A stretch of 64,000 nt of DNA, from positions 832,001 to 896,000 of the forward strand of contig CAVZYA010000001.1 in NCBI GenBank assembly GCA_963779415.1. The letters run 5' to 3'. The notes below the pieces were generated by a model. That model ran no database searches, was not told the origin of the DNA, and was given only the letters and a program-made list of their open reading frames with translations. Positions 60,171 through 64,000 of this stretch are shown here, piece by piece. Source of the DNA: an uncultured Acidobacteriota bacterium. Its GTDB lineage: Bacteria > Acidobacteriota > Thermoanaerobaculia > UBA5066. The stretch's first letter is position 1. Every line of letters begins with the position of its first letter. The position numbers were made by a program, and so were the translations under genes.

Positions 60171-61076
60171 CAAGCAACCGGCTCCTTCCGCTTCGCCGTG
60201 CGAAGAGGGTTCTCCTCGAGGTCGCGCCGGAGCTTCTCCCACTCCTCGTCCGGAATCGGGTAGGTGTGCTCTGGCCCCGGAAATCGCCGATCGAGGACCT
60301 CTCGCCGGTAGGTCTCGAGAGCTTTCTGCGCCTCCTCCAAGAGGCTCGCGTAGCGCTTCACGAAGCGCGGCGCGAGGCTGTCCTGGAGCCCGAGGAGATC
60401 GTGGAAGACGAGCACCTGTCCGTCGCATGCCGACCCCGAGCCGATGCCGATCGTCGGAATCCGGAGGTTCCTCGAGAGGAGCGCCGCCACGCGGTCCGGG
60501 ACCGCCTCCAGAACGAGGGAGAAACAGCCGGCCTCTTCGAGAAGCAACGCGTCCTCGAGGAGCTTCCGGGCCGCCGGAGCCGTCCCCCCCTGCGCGCGGT
60601 ACCCGCCGAGGGCGCGGATCGACTGAGGCTGAAGGCCGATGTGCCCCATGACGGGAATCCCGGCCTCCACGAGGGCCCGGACGGTCGCCGAGCGCTCGCG
60701 TCCCCCCCTCCAGCTTCACGGCGTCCATTCCGCCTTCGGCCAGGAAACGCCCCGCGTTGCGGATCGCCTCTTCGACCGAGACCTGATAGGTAAGAAACGG
60801 CAGGTCGCCCACCCGGAGCGCCCGGCTCTTCGCGCGCGCCACGGCCCGGGCGTGGTGGAGCATTTCGTCCAACGTCACCGAGAGCGTGTCCTCGTAGCCG
60901 AGGACGACCATGCCGAGCGAATCGCCCACGAGAAGGACGTCGATCCCGGCCCGGTCCCCGGCGAGGGCGGACGGGTAATCGTAGGCCGTGACCATCGTGA
61001 CCGGCTCGCCGCGCGCCTTTCGTGCGAGGAGGCTCTGCGGCGTGACGCGGGAGCGGGCGGGAGAAGGGGTACTCAT
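60167..61076 (-). CDS. panB: 3-methyl-2-oxobutanoate hydroxymethyltransferase; extra base in the homopolymer at about 60702-60708
   Basis: [21 protein letters not shown], then [21 protein letters not shown] in the shifted frame. Confidence 0.93.
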
Positions 61077-61080
61077 GCGC

Positions 61081-61160
61081 TGTCTCCTTCTTCGAGAAGT
61101 GAGAGGCGTCGGAATCGGACCCTGGGATCGAACCGGTCTCCCCCGGAATCTCCGGTGGAA
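61081..61160 (-). promoter_or_regulatory. Structured 5' leader of panB, candidate pan-motif-like RNA
   Basis: Transcript GAGACCGGUUCGAUCCCAGGGUCCGAUUCCGACGCCUCUC can fold as a bulged hairpin; CUUC..GAAG hairpin overlaps the RBS. Confidence 0.4.
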
Positions 61161-61210
61161 GCGAAAGAGACGTTAACACGGGAGGCGGGGGCTCCTGCGA
61201 GAATCGGCCC

Positions 61211-61819
61211 GTGCCCGGGATTCCGCTGCTTTCGGCCGCTCCGCTCCTTCTTGCCGCGGCCCTCTCGGTACGCGTCCTCCTTCCCTTCGCCCTCGACGCA
61301 TTCGCGAGCGACCCCGAGACGCGGATCGAGGACGCCTACAAGTGGCTTTTCCAGGCCGCGAACGGTGGCGAGCATGCCATCCCGGACGAGGAGTCGGCGC
61401 GGGAGTGGCTCGGGAAGGAGTGGGGTTCGCTCGGCGAGGCCCTTCCGGGCGAGCCCCTCCTCGTCCCGCTCCGGCCGGACGGCGCCCTCGTCCGACTGAA
61501 TCTCCGCCCCTACCGCGACCGCGGCGGAAAGCCCGAGGATCTCCTCGCGGCCTTCCTCGCGGGAGCCCGGGCGTTCCGCCCGGACCCCTCCCTCTTCCGG
61601 GAGTCGTGGATCGCCCTCGGCGAGCGGCTCGCCGCTCGGCCGCTTGGGCCGCTGAATCGGGCGGAATGGAATCGTCTCGACGCCGCCATGCGGCCGAAAG
61701 GCTATCCGGCCGCTCGTCACAGCGACGGCTTCACCCGTGCGCGCCGCCCCGCCTATCGCGTCCTGACCGGAGACGAGGCCGGCCTTCTCGTTCGGGCGCT
61801 CGAGAAGAATCCGCGGTGA
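61211..61819 (+). CDS. Hypothetical protein
   Basis: Hydrophobic N-terminus; conserved-looking motifs EDAYKWLFQA..GGEH, RLNLRPY, HS..F...RPAYRV. Confidence 0.65.
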   Translation: MPGIPLLSAAPLLLAAALSVRVLLPFALDAFASDPETRIEDAYKWLFQAANGGEHAIPDEESAREWLGKEWGSLGEALPGEPLLVPLRPDGALVRLNLRPYRDRGGKPEDLLAAFLAGARAFRPDPSLFRESWIALGERLAARPLGPLNRAEWNRLDAAMRPKGYPAARHSDGFTRARRPAYRVLTGDEAGLLVRALEKNPR

Positions 61820-61894
61820 GGAGCCGCTTCGGTACGATACTCGCGCTCCGGACCGCACCCCCCGCACGAACGACGAAACAGGAGATTGCCCACC

Positions 61895-62809
61895 ATGATC
61901 TTCCTCACAGGTGTCACCGGCTACATCGGCCAGCGGATCGCCCGCCGCCTCACGCGGGCCGGACACTCCATCCGCGGCCTCGTTCCGCCGGACGAGCCCC
62001 TTCCTGCCGGCCTTCCGGGCGTCGAATTCGTCCGGGGCGACCTCCTCGCGCCCGACAGCCTCACGTCGCTGGGCGCGGACGTCACGGCGATCGTCCATTC
62101 CGCCGCCGCCATGCTGCCGAATCCGGCCGAGAAGATACGGACGGTCAACATCGAGGGGACGAGAAACCTCCTCGCGGCCGCCCGCGGCTGGGGAGGCGTT
62201 TCGCGCTTCGTCTATCTCTCGGCGGTCTCGGCCGCTTACGCCGTGAAGAACTGTTATGGCGAGTCGAAGATGGAAGCCGAGCGCCTCATCGCGGCCTCGG
62301 GGCTCCCCTGGGTCGTTCTCCGGCCGACGATGGTCTACGGAGAAGGAGGCGGCCTCCATTTCGCCCGGCTCGTGGACCTGGTCCGGAAAGCTCCGGGCTT
62401 TTTTCCCGTCTTCGGTCCCGGGACGGCGAAGCTGCAGCCGGTGCACGTCCAGGACGTCGCCGACGGCGTCGAGCTCGCCCTCTCCCACCCGGCGGCGCTC
62501 GGGAAGATCTGGGGGGTCGCCGGCGCCACGGTCGTCACGTTCGACGAGCTGGTCCGCCGGATCGGCGCGGGGCTCGGAATCAGCCGTCGCCTCGTCCACG
62601 TGCCTCTCCCGCTCGCGATGGGGGTGGCCCGGACCGCGGTCAGGATCTCTCCCACGTTCTTCCTCACCCCCGAAGCCCTCACCGGCCTGAATCAGGACGC
62701 CGACCTCGACTACCGTCCGTTCGAGGCCGCCTGCGGCTTCAAACCCCGACCGCTGGACGAGGGGCTTTCGGCCGAGTTCGGCCGGCCCGTCACGTTGCCG
62801 GCTTCGTAG
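61895..62809 (+). CDS. NAD-dependent epimerase/dehydratase-family protein
   Basis: TGVTGYIG, NIEGT, YGESK, LRPTMVYG, QPVHVQD. Confidence 0.85.
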   Translation: MIFLTGVTGYIGQRIARRLTRAGHSIRGLVPPDEPLPAGLPGVEFVRGDLLAPDSLTSLGADVTAIVHSAAAMLPNPAEKIRTVNIEGTRNLLAAARGWGGVSRFVYLSAVSAAYAVKNCYGESKMEAERLIAASGLPWVVLRPTMVYGEGGGLHFARLVDLVRKAPGFFPVFGPGTAKLQPVHVQDVADGVELALSHPAALGKIWGVAGATVVTFDELVRRIGAGLGISRRLVHVPLPLAMGVARTAVRISPTFFLTPEALTGLNQDADLDYRPFEAACGFKPRPLDEGLSAEFGRPVTLPAS

Positions 62810-62895
62810 CCGCCACCCGCCGGACGATCCGCAGCAGACCGGCCGGCTACCCGTCTCCCCTGCGTCCTGAGCGAAAGGAAAATAGACTCCTGTCG

Positions 62896-64000
62896 ATGAG
62901 AAGAGCTTTCGAACTGGCCCTCGCCACCTCCTTTCTCGCCGCGCTTCCGCTCGCGGCCCAGACGCCCGCCCCGGCACCCGACCCTCTCGAAGCCTCCGTG
63001 GCGGCGCTGACGAAGGTCGCCTCGGCCACCTCGCCGAGCCTTTCGCCGGATGGAAAGAGGATCGTCTTCGTCTCGAACGAGAGCGGCCTCCCGCAGGCGT
63101 GGATCGTCCCGGCCTCCGGCGGGAAGCCGGTGCGCCTGACGAAGAGCGAGGATCCGGTGGGCGGCGTGGAGTGGTCGCCGGACGGCTCCCGGATCGCTTA
63201 CACGATCGCGCCGGGAGGCGGGATGAACACGCAGATCTGGCTCGTGGCGCCGGACGGGGCGGATCCGAAGAGGATCACCGACGGAAAGGACGAGACGAAC
63301 CGTCTCGGCCCCTTCCGCCGGGACGGGAAGACGCTGGCGCTCGCGTCGAACCGGCGCTACCGGGCCCGGATCGAGGGATGGATCTACGACCTCGCGACGG
63401 GCTCGTTCACTCTCGCCGCTGAGAACAAGGGCTCCGGCGCCATTCTCGACATGACGCCGGACGGCCGGAAGCTCCTCGTCCTCCGGACGCCGCAGCGGGG
63501 CTTCTCCGATCTCTATCTGGTCGACGCCGTGTCGAAGGCCGAGACGCTCCTGACGCCTCACGAAGGGACCGCGTCGTTCGACGGCCGCCTCTCGCGCGAC
63601 GGGAAGAGCGTTCTCGTCTCGACGAACGCGGGACGGGAGAGGACCGCTTTCGGCCGGGTCGATCTCTCGGGGGAGAAGCCCGGGCCGGTCGAGATCCTCG
63701 ATTCACGCGAGGACGCCGATCTCCTCTCCTTCGTCGTGAACGAGGCGGGAACGCGCGCCGTGCTCCTCTGGAACGTCGCCGGGCGAAGCGACCTCTCCTT
63801 CTACGACCTGAAGGAGGGAAAGCCGACCGCCGGGCCGAAGCTCCCCGGTGAGATCGCCTCCGGCCTCTCCCTCTCGAAGGACGGAAGGACGCTGGCGCTC
63901 GCCGTGACGGGCGCGGCGCTCCCGAGCGACATCTGGGCCCTGCACCTCGCGAGCGGGCGCTTCACGCAGGTCACGTTCAGCCCGCACGACGGCGTCGACC
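62896..64000 (+). CDS. Secreted beta-propeller protein, probably S9 acylaminoacyl/dipeptidyl peptidase; runs off the window end
   Basis: Signal peptide MRRAFELALATSFLAALPLAA; repeated SPDG/WSPDG PD40-like blades; PSDIW..QVT precedes the usual S9 catalytic domain. Confidence 0.72.
   Translation, partial: MRRAFELALATSFLAALPLAAQTPAPAPDPLEASVAALTKVASATSPSLSPDGKRIVFVSNESGLPQAWIVPASGGKPVRLTKSEDPVGGVEWSPDGSRIAYTIAPGGGMNTQIWLVAPDGADPKRITDGKDETNRLGPFRRDGKTLALASNRRYRARIEGWIYDLATGSFTLAAENKGSGAILDMTPDGRKLLVLRTPQRGFSDLYLVDAVSKAETLLTPHEGTASFDGRLSRDGKSVLVSTNAGRERTAFGRVDLSGEKPGPVEILDSREDADLLSFVVNEAGTRAVLLWNVAGRSDLSFYDLKEGKPTAGPKLPGEIASGLSLSKDGRTLALAVTGAALPSDIWALHLASGRFTQVTFSPHDGVD

Noticed and set aside
60690-60715. 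Programmed frameshift or phase variation at the panB G-run
   Set aside because: One of many scattered indels; a homopolymer sequencing error is more parsimonious

Overview
GC-rich bacterial chromosomal segment of mostly core genes. Gene content and protein style suggest Acidobacteriota, possibly Thermoanaerobaculia (inference). In order: murJ, ssb, nagZ, mutS; tsaB-rimI-DUF465-pssA and a degenerate asd-like gene; a lipoprotein and a very large NtrY-like histidine kinase downstream of hutU; an 8 kb lipid-inclusion-type cluster between hutU and hutH (PhaR-like regulator, two phasin-like proteins, patatin, atypical SDR plus acyltransferase, SCP2, fused double ArsA/Get3-like ATPase); M1 peptidase, purA, tRNA-Lys and tRNA-Glu; a 12-NHL-repeat surface protein and a Ser/Thr kinase-FGE-hydrolase receptor; a Cys-less thiolase-like/DUF35 pair; yceI and pfpI; a phosphate super-cluster (ppx, GH1, PHP, ceramide-glucosyltransferase-like GT, DUF47, pit, pstSCAB, phoB/phoR/phoU); coaBC, mgsA, coaX-panC-panE-panB; and a truncated S9 peptidase. 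Many conserved genes carry small indels, most likely long-read assembly errors. The two best candidates for undescribed systems are (1) a PHP + glycosyltransferase unit carrying the same 11-bp-periodic Pho-box-like repeat as pstS, suggesting phosphate-starvation glycolipid remodelling, and (2) the phasin/SCP2/fused Get3-like lipid-inclusion cluster. No CRISPR array, rRNA, integrase or transposase was seen.
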